A stretch of 24,991 nt of DNA from Methanothermococcus sp. SCGC AD-155-E23 (GTDB taxonomy: Archaea; AGJL01; Methanococci; Methanococcales; Methanococcaceae): contig JAHEQA010000046.1 in NCBI GenBank assembly GCA_019561615.1, positions 39,299 through 64,289 of the forward strand. Direction: 5' to 3'. Below, in pieces: positions 1 through 9,208 of this stretch. Every line of letters begins with the position of its first letter. Position 1 is the first letter of the stretch. A model generated the notes under the pieces. That model worked only from the letters and a program-made list of their open reading frames with translations, was not told the origin of the DNA and did not search any database. A program made the translations under genes and the position numbers.

Positions 1-1056
1 ACTTTCAATCTCCCTCTCAACCTCCTCCAGTTGAATACCTTCAACACCCTCCTCCCTTATCCTCCTACTGATCTCCTCTATATCCCTCTCCAACATTTCC
101 TTTATCTCTATAAGGCTCCTGTACCTGTTGAAGTATCCCCTGTATCTCTCCATCTCAGAGGATGCTCTCTTCAAATCCTCCTCGATCTCACAGTATCTCC
201 TGTAATTCTCCCCTGTATTCTCAAGAACCTCCATAAGAGTTCTAATATCCTCTAGATCCTTCTCCAAGTTGAACTTCCTATCTTCAAGCCCTGTAATCTC
301 CTTCTCAATGTCCCTGATCCTGTCGTTTAACTCCCTGAATCTCCTCTCTTTTTCCCTGTACTCCTCTAAGATCTTTTTCCTTTCTTGATAGATACTCTCT
401 ATCCTTTTATACTCTCCCTCCAACCTCTCCAACTCTAACTCCATATTTTTTATCCTCTCCTCTATCTCCTTAATGTATCTCTCTACCTTCTCCTTCCTTG
501 AAAGTTGCCCCTTTAGATGCTCCAACTTATGTTTAAGTTTAGTGATAGCCTCTCCCATCTCCTTCCAAACCTTCTCAAATCTATCTATCCCTAGGATCTC
601 TCCAATGACTCTCTTCCTTTTACTAGGTTCAAGATTGATTAGCCTGTCTATCTCCCCCTGTTTTATATAGATAGCATTTAGGAACACGTTACGCTTTATA
701 CCCAAGATCCCCTCTATCTCCCTGTTGACCTCTTCATAACTTCCTGCTGTAGGCTTTCCATTTTTAAACAGTAGGTTTAGATTGTCCCCATGGAATTTTC
801 CCCTACTTCTAATCACTTTGTAGGTGTTGTTACCCAATTCAAAGATAAGTTCCACCCTAAATCCCCTTGTCCCCCTCCTTATTAAATCCTCTATCAGGTA
901 ATTTGAGGTTCCATATAGGGCAAAACTTATGGCCTCAAAGATGGAGGACTTCCCACTTCCGTTAGGACCTATAATAGTGGTGATACCCCTGTTAAAGGAT
1001 AAGTTGGTATTCTCATGACTTCTGAAGTTTTTCAAGGATATACCCTTCAGTATCAT
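1..1056 (-). CDS. rad50: DNA double-strand break repair ATPase Rad50, N-terminal 352 codons (runs off the left edge of the window)
   Basis: Absent from the ORF track because there is no stop inside the window. Manual translation from ATG at 1056 gives MILKGISLKNFRSHENTNLSFNRGITTIIGPNGSGKSSIFEAISFA (Walker A GPNGSGKS), then Q-loop NAIYIKQGEID, then an E/R/K-rich coiled coil to position 1. Confidence 0.93.
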   Translation of the reverse strand, partial: MILKGISLKNFRSHENTNLSFNRGITTIIGPNGSGKSSIFEAISFALYGTSNYLIEDLIRRGTRGFRVELIFELGNNTYKVIRSRGKFHGDNLNLLFKNGKPTAGSYEEVNREIEGILGIKRNVFLNAIYIKQGEIDRLINLEPSKRKRVIGEILGIDRFEKVWKEMGEAITKLKHKLEHLKGQLSRKEKVERYIKEIEERIKNMELELERLEGEYKRIESIYQERKKILEEYREKERRFRELNDRIRDIEKEITGLEDRKFNLEKDLEDIRTLMEVLENTGENYRRYCEIEEDLKRASSEMERYRGYFNRYRSLIEIKEMLERDIEEISRRIREEGVEGIQLEEVEREIES

Positions 1057-1075
1057 ATCCCATCCCATGATCAGT

Positions 1076-1114
1076 AATTTTTATAACTACTGTAACAATT
1101 TTTATCATAAAAAT
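1076..1114. promoter_or_regulatory. Divergent rad50/tyrA promoter region with TATA-like boxes and a 17-bp palindrome
   Basis: 72-bp AT-rich divergent gap; TTTTTATA at 1078-1085; perfect ATTTTTAT-C-ATAAAAAT at 1098-1114. Confidence 0.4.
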
Positions 1115-1128
1115 GATTAGGGTTTACT

Positions 1129-2475
1129 ATGAGGGTTTCAATCATCGGAGGAACTGATGGACTGGGAAAGTGGTTTGCAAGGTTTCTAAAGGGTAAGGGT
1201 TTTGATATAATAGTTACTGGAAGGGATGTGAATAAGGGGAAGAAGGTAGAGAGGGAGTTAGGTGTGACCTTTACAAGGGATAACGTAGAGGCTGCAAAGA
1301 AGGGGGATGTGGTAATAGTTGCAGTGCCTATAAATGTTACCGAGAAGGTGATAAGGGAGGTTGCACCCCATGTTAGGGAAGGTGCCCTTCTCATGGACAT
1401 TACATCCATAAAGGAGATACCTGCAAGGACTATGGAGGAGTGTGTTAAGGAGGGGGTATGTGTTATACCTGCCCATCCCATGTTTGGACCCTCCACCCCA
1501 TCCTTGAAAAGACAGGTAGTAATACTTACACCCTCTGAGAAACATATGTCAAATCCCTGGTTTAAGAGGGTAAAGAACTTTCTAGAGGAGGAGGGGGCAA
1601 GGGTAGTGGTGATGTCCCCAAGGGAGCACGACAGGATTATGGGTATTATTCAGGGTCTAACCCATTACGCCTATATAGCCCTTGGAACAACGTTGAAGGA
1701 GTTGAACGTAGATATAAGGGAGTCAAGAAAGTATGCCTCACCTATCTACGAACTTATGATAAACATTATAGGGAGGATTGTTGGACAGAACCCCTACCTC
1801 TATGCAGATATCCAGATGTACAACCCCCAGATAGGTCATATCCACGAGACCTTTATAAGGGAGTGTATGAAGTTAAGGGATATAGTGGCTAGAAAGGATA
1901 GGGAGTCCTTTGTCAATGTGATGAAGGAGGCTGCCAGGCACTTTGGAAGTGAGACTGTAAGGGGGATGAGGTATTCAAACAAGGCTGTTGGTGCAATTAT
2001 CCAGGAGTTGGAGAAGCTGGAGAAGTCTATCGGCAAGGAGGTGGCCCTGAGACATATAGAGACAGGGAACGTTCACTACGGTATTTTAAAGGATATCCAA
2101 GATGACACGGTGATTTTAAATAAAAATGGAAAAGAGGTGAGGGTAAATATAGCCAACGTATCCCTTATGGAGGAGGGGGAGTTAGAGAAGTGGAAGAGGG
2201 AGAACCTAAATAGATACTACTACGATATCTCTGTACTCTTTCGGGAGGATGTAGATGAGAGGGTTATACTGAAACTTCTAAAGGGGATCTTCGATCTCGA
2301 GATCTTAGATGTCTATCAGGGACAAGGTGTGGAGAGGGGGTTTAAAAGTGTCACCTTTAGGATCTACAGTTATAAAAGGGAGGAGCTGGCCAATTTGAAG
2401 GAGCAATTCCTTGAAGTAATTAGAAATATAGGGGGGAGGGAGCGATACAGGAGTTTAAGAGAAGAAGAGAAGTAG
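1129..2475 (+). CDS. tyrA: Prephenate dehydrogenase with C-terminal accessory domains
   Basis: Rossmann motif IIGGTDGLG, DITSIK, HPMFGP, HDRIMGIIQGLTH. 448 aa, the long Methanococcales type. Confidence 0.93.
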   Translation: MRVSIIGGTDGLGKWFARFLKGKGFDIIVTGRDVNKGKKVERELGVTFTRDNVEAAKKGDVVIVAVPINVTEKVIREVAPHVREGALLMDITSIKEIPARTMEECVKEGVCVIPAHPMFGPSTPSLKRQVVILTPSEKHMSNPWFKRVKNFLEEEGARVVVMSPREHDRIMGIIQGLTHYAYIALGTTLKELNVDIRESRKYASPIYELMINIIGRIVGQNPYLYADIQMYNPQIGHIHETFIRECMKLRDIVARKDRESFVNVMKEAARHFGSETVRGMRYSNKAVGAIIQELEKLEKSIGKEVALRHIETGNVHYGILKDIQDDTVILNKNGKEVRVNIANVSLMEEGELEKWKRENLNRYYYDISVLFREDVDERVILKLLKGIFDLEILDVYQGQGVERGFKSVTFRIYSYKREELANLKEQFLEVIRNIGGRERYRSLREEEK

Positions 2476-3219
2476 AATTAGACCAAATACTATCCTGTAT
2501 ATTCCAAAGGGGACAAAATTATATTTCTCCACATACTTTAAGAACAGCCTAACTGTAAGGAGGGTTGTGATGAAGGTAACTACAAACCCAACTATCAGGA
2601 TATAGATATCTCCAGTGTCGAGATTCTCCAGGTTTTTATACATACTAAAGAGTGTGGCTGTGAGTATTACAGGTATGGCACATAGGAAGGAGAACTCCGT
2701 GGCAGCCTTCCTATCTAAGTTAGAGAGTAGACCTCCTATAATGGTGGCACCTGAGCGGGAGGTACCTGGGATGAGAGAGAACACCTGGGCAACACCTACC
2801 ATCAAAGACTGTCTATAGGTTATATCCTCTAGACTCCTTGTGGTACATTTGTCCTCCCTGTAGAACCATTCAACCACTAGAAACACTATACCTCCTAGGA
2901 TAAAAGTTAGGGCTACCGTGGTAACAGAGAAGAGGGCTGTTATCTCCTTATAAAAGAGTAACCCTACTATCCCTGTTGGTATAAAAGATACAAGTACCTT
3001 CTTCCACAGGTCTAGACCTCTTCTAAGTTTATCCAGGTACTGGTAACATACTGCAAGTATAGCTGATAACTGTACAGCTATCTCAAAGTTTACATGGGTA
3101 CTGTTCTGGGGAATATTCATTAGATGGGACACCACTATCATATGACCTGTAGAGGAGATAGGCAGGAGCTCTATAACTCCCTCCACAATACTTAGAATTA
3201 TAACCTGGAGTATGTCCAT
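2455..3219 (-). CDS. uppP: Undecaprenyl-diphosphate phosphatase (BacA/UppP family)
   Basis: EGVIELLPISSTGH and PGTSRSGAT signature motifs; multi-TM, 254 aa; GGTGG RBS upstream. 3' end overlaps tyrA by 21 bp. Confidence 0.93.
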   Translation of the reverse strand: MDILQVIILSIVEGVIELLPISSTGHMIVVSHLMNIPQNSTHVNFEIAVQLSAILAVCYQYLDKLRRGLDLWKKVLVSFIPTGIVGLLFYKEITALFSVTTVALTFILGGIVFLVVEWFYREDKCTTRSLEDITYRQSLMVGVAQVFSLIPGTSRSGATIIGGLLSNLDRKAATEFSFLCAIPVILTATLFSMYKNLENLDTGDIYILIVGFVVTFITTLLTVRLFLKYVEKYNFVPFGIYRIVFGLILLLFFS

Positions 3220-3250
3220 GGAAAGTCCACCTTAGATACCGGTGTCACCT

Positions 3251-3385
3251 ATGGATTACACAAAAGAGGAATTAAAGACATTTATGCTGAAGGAGATTGA
3301 AATAGATGCATATTTCCCTCTGGCAGGAGCGGTTATACAGAAGACTTTACAACTGGGTTATAAAAAAGAGGATACATACAGATAG
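3251..3385 (+). pseudogene. Possible small ORF or gene remnant (44 aa, MDYTKEELKTFMLKEIEIDAYFPLAGAVIQKTLQLGYKKEDTYR)
   Basis: ATG at 3251 preceded by GGTG; fills part of the 272-bp uppP-pheT gap; an A6 run at 3362-3367 could shift into a continuing frame. No family recognised. Confidence 0.2.
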
Positions 3386-3491
3386 GTATCTTTTCGACAT
3401 GAATCCCTACCGGTTTAAAGATGAGGAGGGACCGATACTGAAGGTAATGTTTTCAACCACTCTCATATTATTTTACTCCCTAGTATCTTCT

Positions 3492-5162
3492 CTACCTAAC
3501 CTCCATCTCAAACCCTACAACTGGATACTCCAACTGGAAGTTAAGTATCACCTGGGGATGTATCTCTCCAAAGTATCCAATAACTCTGTTATCCCTTAGA
3601 TCCACTATCTTCGCACATCTACCTGGGAGGAAGGAGGGGTGGTTGTAATTCTCCAGTTTATAATCAATATTTAACTCCCTAAGTACACTCTCCCCATAAC
3701 TCTTTACCTCGTTGAAGTTTGCACTTGGATGGGTTATAACAAAGGCCAACTTTGTAACCTCTCTCCAACCTCCCTCCCTATCTATCTCAACAACATCTCC
3801 CACCTCGAATATCTTCTGAGGCAGGTCATTTACCTTGTTTATATAGAGGGTCTCTAGGAGGAGAGGCAGTATCCAGGTTCTAACAACCCTGTGCTCTATA
3901 GATGCAGGTTTCAACACCTCTATATACCCCCCCTCCTCTACCTCCATATTCATCCTCCTGAAGAGTATCTCCTCGTTGGAGAGAGTTAAGTTGACAACCT
4001 CGTAGAAACCGTGACCTATCATGATACTTCTGATGTACTCCAACCTCTTCTCCAGGGGGTGCTTCTCCCCTATTGTAAATACCTCTGGAAGTGACCCTGT
4101 GAATCTATGGTATCCGTAGTGTATTGCAACCTCCTCTATAAGGTCTACCTCCTGAAGTATATCCACCCTGTAGGCAGGCACCTGGACTGTTATACTCTTT
4201 CTCTCGTAGTTGTACTCCCCCTCCATCCTGGCCCTTCTCAGGGTGTTTATTATCTCTCCAGGATTTAGGTTTAAACCTAACCTTTTATTTACTAGATCTA
4301 CAGAGACCTCATGGATCTCGGGACTGAGATCTGGATACACCTTGGAGCCCTCCCCCTCCCTATTTACCTTAACTGAGTGAATGTCCCCTCCCCTATCTGC
4401 CAGGGCACATACTATAATATTCAGGGCACTCTCAACTCCATAAGGATCAGTTCCAGTAACATCTATCAGTAGGTTTCTCGTCTCGGTAGTTACCCTTGTA
4501 AGGTTTCCATTTATTATAGGTGGCATGGAGAGGACATTTCCATCCCTGTCCACTATTAGAGGATACCTGTCTCCAGAGATCAGGTGGCCATACCTTATAC
4601 CCTTCTCATGTTTCTCCAGGATCTCCCTAGGTGTCATCTCCCTATCCCATCCAAGGGGTTCAAATCTCACCTCCTCTCCAGACACCTCTTTATAGTAGAA
4701 GGGAGGGGTTACCTTATCTAGATCGTGGATACCTATTGCAACCTTTCTCCTATCCCTTCCTATTGTCCAGTGTAACTTCTCCTGGAGGTCTATCATACTC
4801 TCTAATACGTAGTTATCTATTCTCAGGTTTTTCACTATGGCAAAGGCACAGTAGGGCCTACTTCTTACACCCTCAACAAATACCTCTACCTGGGAGGGGT
4901 AGACCTGATACCTAGGCATGCCCACCTCTATACCTGTAAAGCCCCTGAAACCCCTTGCAAGGCCCTCAACACTTAGGTAGTCAGGTCTGTTTGGATTGAC
5001 AGAGAAGTGTATTACCTTCTCTTTCCTGCCCTCTCTAACCTCCTCGTATATCCCCTCCACCTCCACACCCATCATGGGGAACTTCTCCTCTATCGTACTG
5101 TCTGAAAGACTTATATTGACAAGATTCTCCAGGTCCCTCTTTACAACCTTCACAGTTGGCAT
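3492..5162 (-). CDS. pheT: Phenylalanine--tRNA ligase beta subunit (archaeal type)
   Basis: NPNRPDYLSVEGLAR, QEKLH..IGRDRRKVAIGIHD, SMPPIING, YRVDILQEVDLIEEVAI, FGEIHPQV; 556 aa. Confidence 0.97.
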   Translation of the reverse strand: MPTVKVVKRDLENLVNISLSDSTIEEKFPMMGVEVEGIYEEVREGRKEKVIHFSVNPNRPDYLSVEGLARGFRGFTGIEVGMPRYQVYPSQVEVFVEGVRSRPYCAFAIVKNLRIDNYVLESMIDLQEKLHWTIGRDRRKVAIGIHDLDKVTPPFYYKEVSGEEVRFEPLGWDREMTPREILEKHEKGIRYGHLISGDRYPLIVDRDGNVLSMPPIINGNLTRVTTETRNLLIDVTGTDPYGVESALNIIVCALADRGGDIHSVKVNREGEGSKVYPDLSPEIHEVSVDLVNKRLGLNLNPGEIINTLRRARMEGEYNYERKSITVQVPAYRVDILQEVDLIEEVAIHYGYHRFTGSLPEVFTIGEKHPLEKRLEYIRSIMIGHGFYEVVNLTLSNEEILFRRMNMEVEEGGYIEVLKPASIEHRVVRTWILPLLLETLYINKVNDLPQKIFEVGDVVEIDREGGWREVTKLAFVITHPSANFNEVKSYGESVLRELNIDYKLENYNHPSFLPGRCAKIVDLRDNRVIGYFGEIHPQVILNFQLEYPVVGFEMEVR

Positions 5163-5175
5163 GGCATCACCTTTA

Positions 5176-5833
<658 letters not shown>

Positions 5834-5866
5834 TGAGACACCTGGAAGGCCTTTATCCTCTGGTAA

Positions 5867-5883
5867 CAGAAAGTGTTATATAT
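5867..5883 (+). promoter_or_regulatory. Putative BRE-TATA promoter for rpoA2 (possibly bidirectional)
   Basis: CAGAAAG followed by TTATATAT at 5876-5883, about 75 bp upstream of the rpoA2 ATG, in a divergent gap. Confidence 0.5.
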
Positions 5884-5959
5884 CAAATATGGTCAAGATA
5901 GAAAGCAACGACTGACAACTATTTTTTCAAAGAATACCCTCAAATTACGGTGAAAGAGA

Positions 5960-7132
5960 ATGGATTTAGAAAAAAAACTGGAGAAAACCATACTACCTCT
6001 TTCAATAAGGAGGGAGTTAATAGAGAGGATTAAGAAGGAGAATATTACAGACGAGGAGATTATAGATGAGATTATAGCTGAGACTGAGGAGGCCTATAGG
6101 AAAACACTTGTAGAACCTAACGAGGCTGTAGGTATTGTAGCTGCCCAGTCCATAGGGGAGCCAAGTACCCAGATGACCATGAGAACCTTCCACTATGCAG
6201 GGGTTGCAGAACTTAACGTTACCCTAGGTCTTCCAAGGATGATAGAGATTGTAGATGCCAGGAAGGAGCCCTCAACACCTATTATGACCATCTATCTAAC
6301 TGAGGATTACAGGTACGACAGGAAAAAGGCCGAAGAGGTTGCAAGGAATATAGAGAGTATAACAGTGGAGGATATTGCAGAGGATATAAGCATCGATCTA
6401 GTTAACAACTGTATAAATGTAATCCTAGATGAGGAGAAGATGACTAAAAGGGATATTACAGTGGACGAGGTAGTCAACGCCATTAAAAAGAAGATGAAGT
6501 TGAAGATAGAGGTAGAGGGAAATATACTGAGACTGATAATTAAGTCCCCATCACTAAGGGCTCTCAGTAAGAGGATCCCCAAAGTTAAGTCCATACATCT
6601 CAAGGGGGTGCCAAACATCTCCAGGATAATTATAAGAAGGGACGACACTACAGGGGAGTACGTCCTATACAGTGAAGGTTCCAACCTAAGGGAGGTGTTT
6701 AAAGTAGAGGGTGTAGATACCACCAGGACTATTACAAACAACATTATAGAGATCCAGGAGGTGCTAGGTATAGAGGCTGCAAGGAACGCCATTATCAATG
6801 AGATGAGGGACACCCTAAATCAACAGGGGCTTACAGTGGATATCAGACACCTTATGCTAGTTGCCGATATTATGACGGCAGATGGTGTGGTAAAACCTAT
6901 AGGTAGACATGGTATCTGTGGAGAGAAGGCCTCAGTTCTTGCAAGGGCGGCATTTGAGGAAACTGTAAAACACCTCTACAACGCAGCCCAGAGAGGAGAG
7001 GTGGATAAATTAAATGGGGTCATAGAAAATATTATCGTTGGAAAACCTGTATCCGTTGGAACTGGATGTGTGGATGTTTACATAGAGAGGGATTACGAAG
7101 AAGGGAAGGAGAAGGAGAAGCAAAAAGTATAA
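5960..7132 (+). CDS. rpoA2: DNA-directed RNA polymerase subunit A'' (Rpo1C)
   Basis: [66 protein letters not shown]; GGTGA RBS; no intein. Confidence 0.98.
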   Translation: MDLEKKLEKTILPLSIRRELIERIKKENITDEEIIDEIIAETEEAYRKTLVEPNEAVGIVAAQSIGEPSTQMTMRTFHYAGVAELNVTLGLPRMIEIVDARKEPSTPIMTIYLTEDYRYDRKKAEEVARNIESITVEDIAEDISIDLVNNCINVILDEEKMTKRDITVDEVVNAIKKKMKLKIEVEGNILRLIIKSPSLRALSKRIPKVKSIHLKGVPNISRIIIRRDDTTGEYVLYSEGSNLREVFKVEGVDTTRTITNNIIEIQEVLGIEAARNAIINEMRDTLNQQGLTVDIRHLMLVADIMTADGVVKPIGRHGICGEKASVLARAAFEETVKHLYNAAQRGEVDKLNGVIENIIVGKPVSVGTGCVDVYIERDYEEGKEKEKQKV

Positions 7133-7248
7133 ATATTTAAATAAATAATAGGGGAGAATTGATTATTTTTCCTAACTCTTTTCTCTTTTTATACTGATTG
7201 TTTAAAACTATTTTATCAATATCTATCAAGATGAGGAGGTAAGGGAGT

Positions 7249-7554
7249 ATGGACATCAACAAGGCTATAAGAACTGCCGTTGACACTGGAGAGGTAGTAC
7301 TAGGTTCTAGGCAGGCTATTAGATCTATCAAACATGGAAAGGGTAAGTTGGTAATTGTAGCTGGGAACTGTAAAAAGGACATTATAGAGGATGTTAAGTA
7401 CTATGCCAAGTTGTCCAACATCCCTGTTTATATCCACGATGTAAACTCCCTGGAGTTAGGGGCCATCTGTGGAAAACCTTTCCCTGTCTCTGTAATGGTG
7501 ATACTGGATCCTGGAAACTCTGATATTCTAGAGATGGTTAAAAGTGAGGGATAA
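7249..7554 (+). CDS. rpl30e: 50S ribosomal protein L30e
   Basis: [31 protein letters not shown]; canonical position after rpoA2. Confidence 0.97.
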   Translation: MDINKAIRTAVDTGEVVLGSRQAIRSIKHGKGKLVIVAGNCKKDIIEDVKYYAKLSNIPVYIHDVNSLELGAICGKPFPVSVMVILDPGNSDILEMVKSEG

Positions 7555-7565
7555 GGTGATAGTTG

Positions 7566-8111
7566 ATGAAGGTTAAGTTGACAACAGATGATATAATGAA
7601 GATCAACTTCTTTGAAAAGTTAACTGGGGCAGAGGTAATCGACTGTGTATCTGACGACGAGAGGATAGTCTTCGTTGTTAAGGAGGGAAACATGGGTGCG
7701 GCAATTGGTAGGGGAGGGGAGAATGTTAAAGCTGCCATGGAGAAGTTTAACAAGAAGGTGGACATTGTAGAGTACTCCAAGGATTTAAAGAAGTTTGTAA
7801 GGAATATCTTTGAGCCTCTGAAGTTGGAGGATGTATGGGTAAAGAAACAGAACGGTAAGTTGGTGGTTTATATCAAGGTGGACCCAAAGCTCAAGAGAGC
7901 TATTATAGGGGAGAGGGGGAAAAATATAAATAGAGCAGTAACTATAATGAGTAGGCTCTCCGATGCCAAGAGTATTAGGGTGGTCTCTGGGTTTAGAAAA
8001 TCTAGGATGCCACAGAGGAGGTTTAAAAGAGGACCTGCAAAGGATTTTGTTAAGAAACCTAAAACAAAGGAGGAAACACCTGATAAATCTAATCAGGGAG
8101 AAAACCAATAA
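7566..8111 (+). CDS. nusA: Archaeal NusA-like KH-domain transcription factor
   Basis: Two KH GxxG loops (AIGRGGEN, IIGERGKN). ATG at 7566 fits the GGTGA RBS better than TTG at 7563. Basic, low-complexity C-terminal tail. Confidence 0.95.
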   Translation: MKVKLTTDDIMKINFFEKLTGAEVIDCVSDDERIVFVVKEGNMGAAIGRGGENVKAAMEKFNKKVDIVEYSKDLKKFVRNIFEPLKLEDVWVKKQNGKLVVYIKVDPKLKRAIIGERGKNINRAVTIMSRLSDAKSIRVVSGFRKSRMPQRRFKRGPAKDFVKKPKTKEETPDKSNQGENQ

Positions 8112-8125
8112 GGAGGTGATGATAT

Positions 8126-8569
8126 ATGCCAGGAAGTAAAGCTCCAAGAGGAGAATTTGCAGGAAGGAAGTTGGTATTAAAGAGAAAGAAGTGTAGATGG
8201 CACGACTACAAGTATGTAAGAAGGGTCTTAAGGTTAAAGGAGAAGTACGACCCCCTTGAGGGGGCTCCTATGGCAAGGGGTATAGTTATTGAGAAGGTAG
8301 GGTTGGAGGCAAAGCAGCCAAACTCTGCAATTAGAAAGTGTGTTAAAGTACAGCTGATCAAGAACGGTAGGGTAGTTACAGCCTTTGCCCCAGGAAACCA
8401 CGCTATAAACTTCATAGATGAACATGACGAGGTAATCATCGAGGGTATTGGAGGACCAAAGGGTAGAGCTAAGGGAGACATCCCAGGTGTTAGATACAAG
8501 GTAGTTATGGTAGGTAAGAACTCCCTAAGGGAGCTTGTTAGAGGTAGACAGGAGAAGGTTAAGAGATAA
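8126..8569 (+). CDS. rps12: 30S ribosomal protein S12 (uS12)
   Basis: [27 protein letters not shown]; GGAGGTGA RBS. Confidence 0.98.
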   Translation: MPGSKAPRGEFAGRKLVLKRKKCRWHDYKYVRRVLRLKEKYDPLEGAPMARGIVIEKVGLEAKQPNSAIRKCVKVQLIKNGRVVTAFAPGNHAINFIDEHDEVIIEGIGGPKGRAKGDIPGVRYKVVMVGKNSLRELVRGRQEKVKR

Positions 8570-8584
8570 ATATGAGGTGATAAG

Positions 8585-9151
8585 GTGGAAATCAAACTCT
8601 TTAACAGGTGGGATACCACAGAAGTTGTTGTTAGGGATCCAAGTCTAAGGAGCTATATAAATATCAGGCCTATTATTGTACCTCATACTGCAGGGAGAAA
8701 CACCAAGAAGATGTTTGACAAGGTTAAGATGAACATTGTAGAGAGACTTGCAAACAATCTCATGAGAAGGGAGCAGAACACAGGTAAGAAACACAAGGCC
8801 CTTAAGACAGTGGAGGAGGCCTTTGAAATCATAGAGAAGAGGACAAAGAAGAACCCTGTCCAGGTACTCGTTGACGCCCTTGAAAATGCAGGGCCAAGGG
8901 AGGAGACAACTAGAATCTCCTATGGAGGTATAACCTTCCTACAGTCCGTGGATGTTTCACCTTCCAGGAGGTTGGACATAGCACTGAGGAATATAGCCCT
9001 AGGGGCACAGTACGCTGCAAGAAAAAACAAGAAATCCTTTGCCCAGTGTTTAGCCGAGGAGATAATATACGCTGCAAGGGGAGATATTCAGAGAAGTTAC
9101 GCCGTGAGAAAGAAGGAGGAGAAGGAGAGAGTAGCAGAATCTGCGAGATAA
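8585..9151 (+). CDS. rps7: 30S ribosomal protein S7 (uS7)
   Basis: [49 protein letters not shown]; GTG start. Confidence 0.98.
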   Translation: MEIKLFNRWDTTEVVVRDPSLRSYINIRPIIVPHTAGRNTKKMFDKVKMNIVERLANNLMRREQNTGKKHKALKTVEEAFEIIEKRTKKNPVQVLVDALENAGPREETTRISYGGITFLQSVDVSPSRRLDIALRNIALGAQYAARKNKKSFAQCLAEEIIYAARGDIQRSYAVRKKEEKERVAESAR

Positions 9152-9163
9152 TTTAAATACTGG

Positions 9164-9172
9164 TTTTTTTTT
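9164..9172 (+). terminator. Putative oligo-T terminator after rps7
   Basis: T9 run 12 nt after the rps7 stop; archaeal intrinsic terminators are oligo-T tracts. Confidence 0.4.
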
Positions 9173-9208
9173 ATTATAACTATCATAAAATTTGGTAAGG
9201 AGGAGATC

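Noticed and set aside
5960-7132. Intein in RpoA2, and Ser in EPSTQM
   Set aside because: The protein is continuous at 390 aa with no insertion, and that position varies (G/S/A) among RNA polymerases.
7990-8111. Basic, low-complexity NusA C-terminal extension
   Set aside because: Similar longer NusA proteins are, to my recollection, normal in methanococci; likely disordered and not specific to this window.
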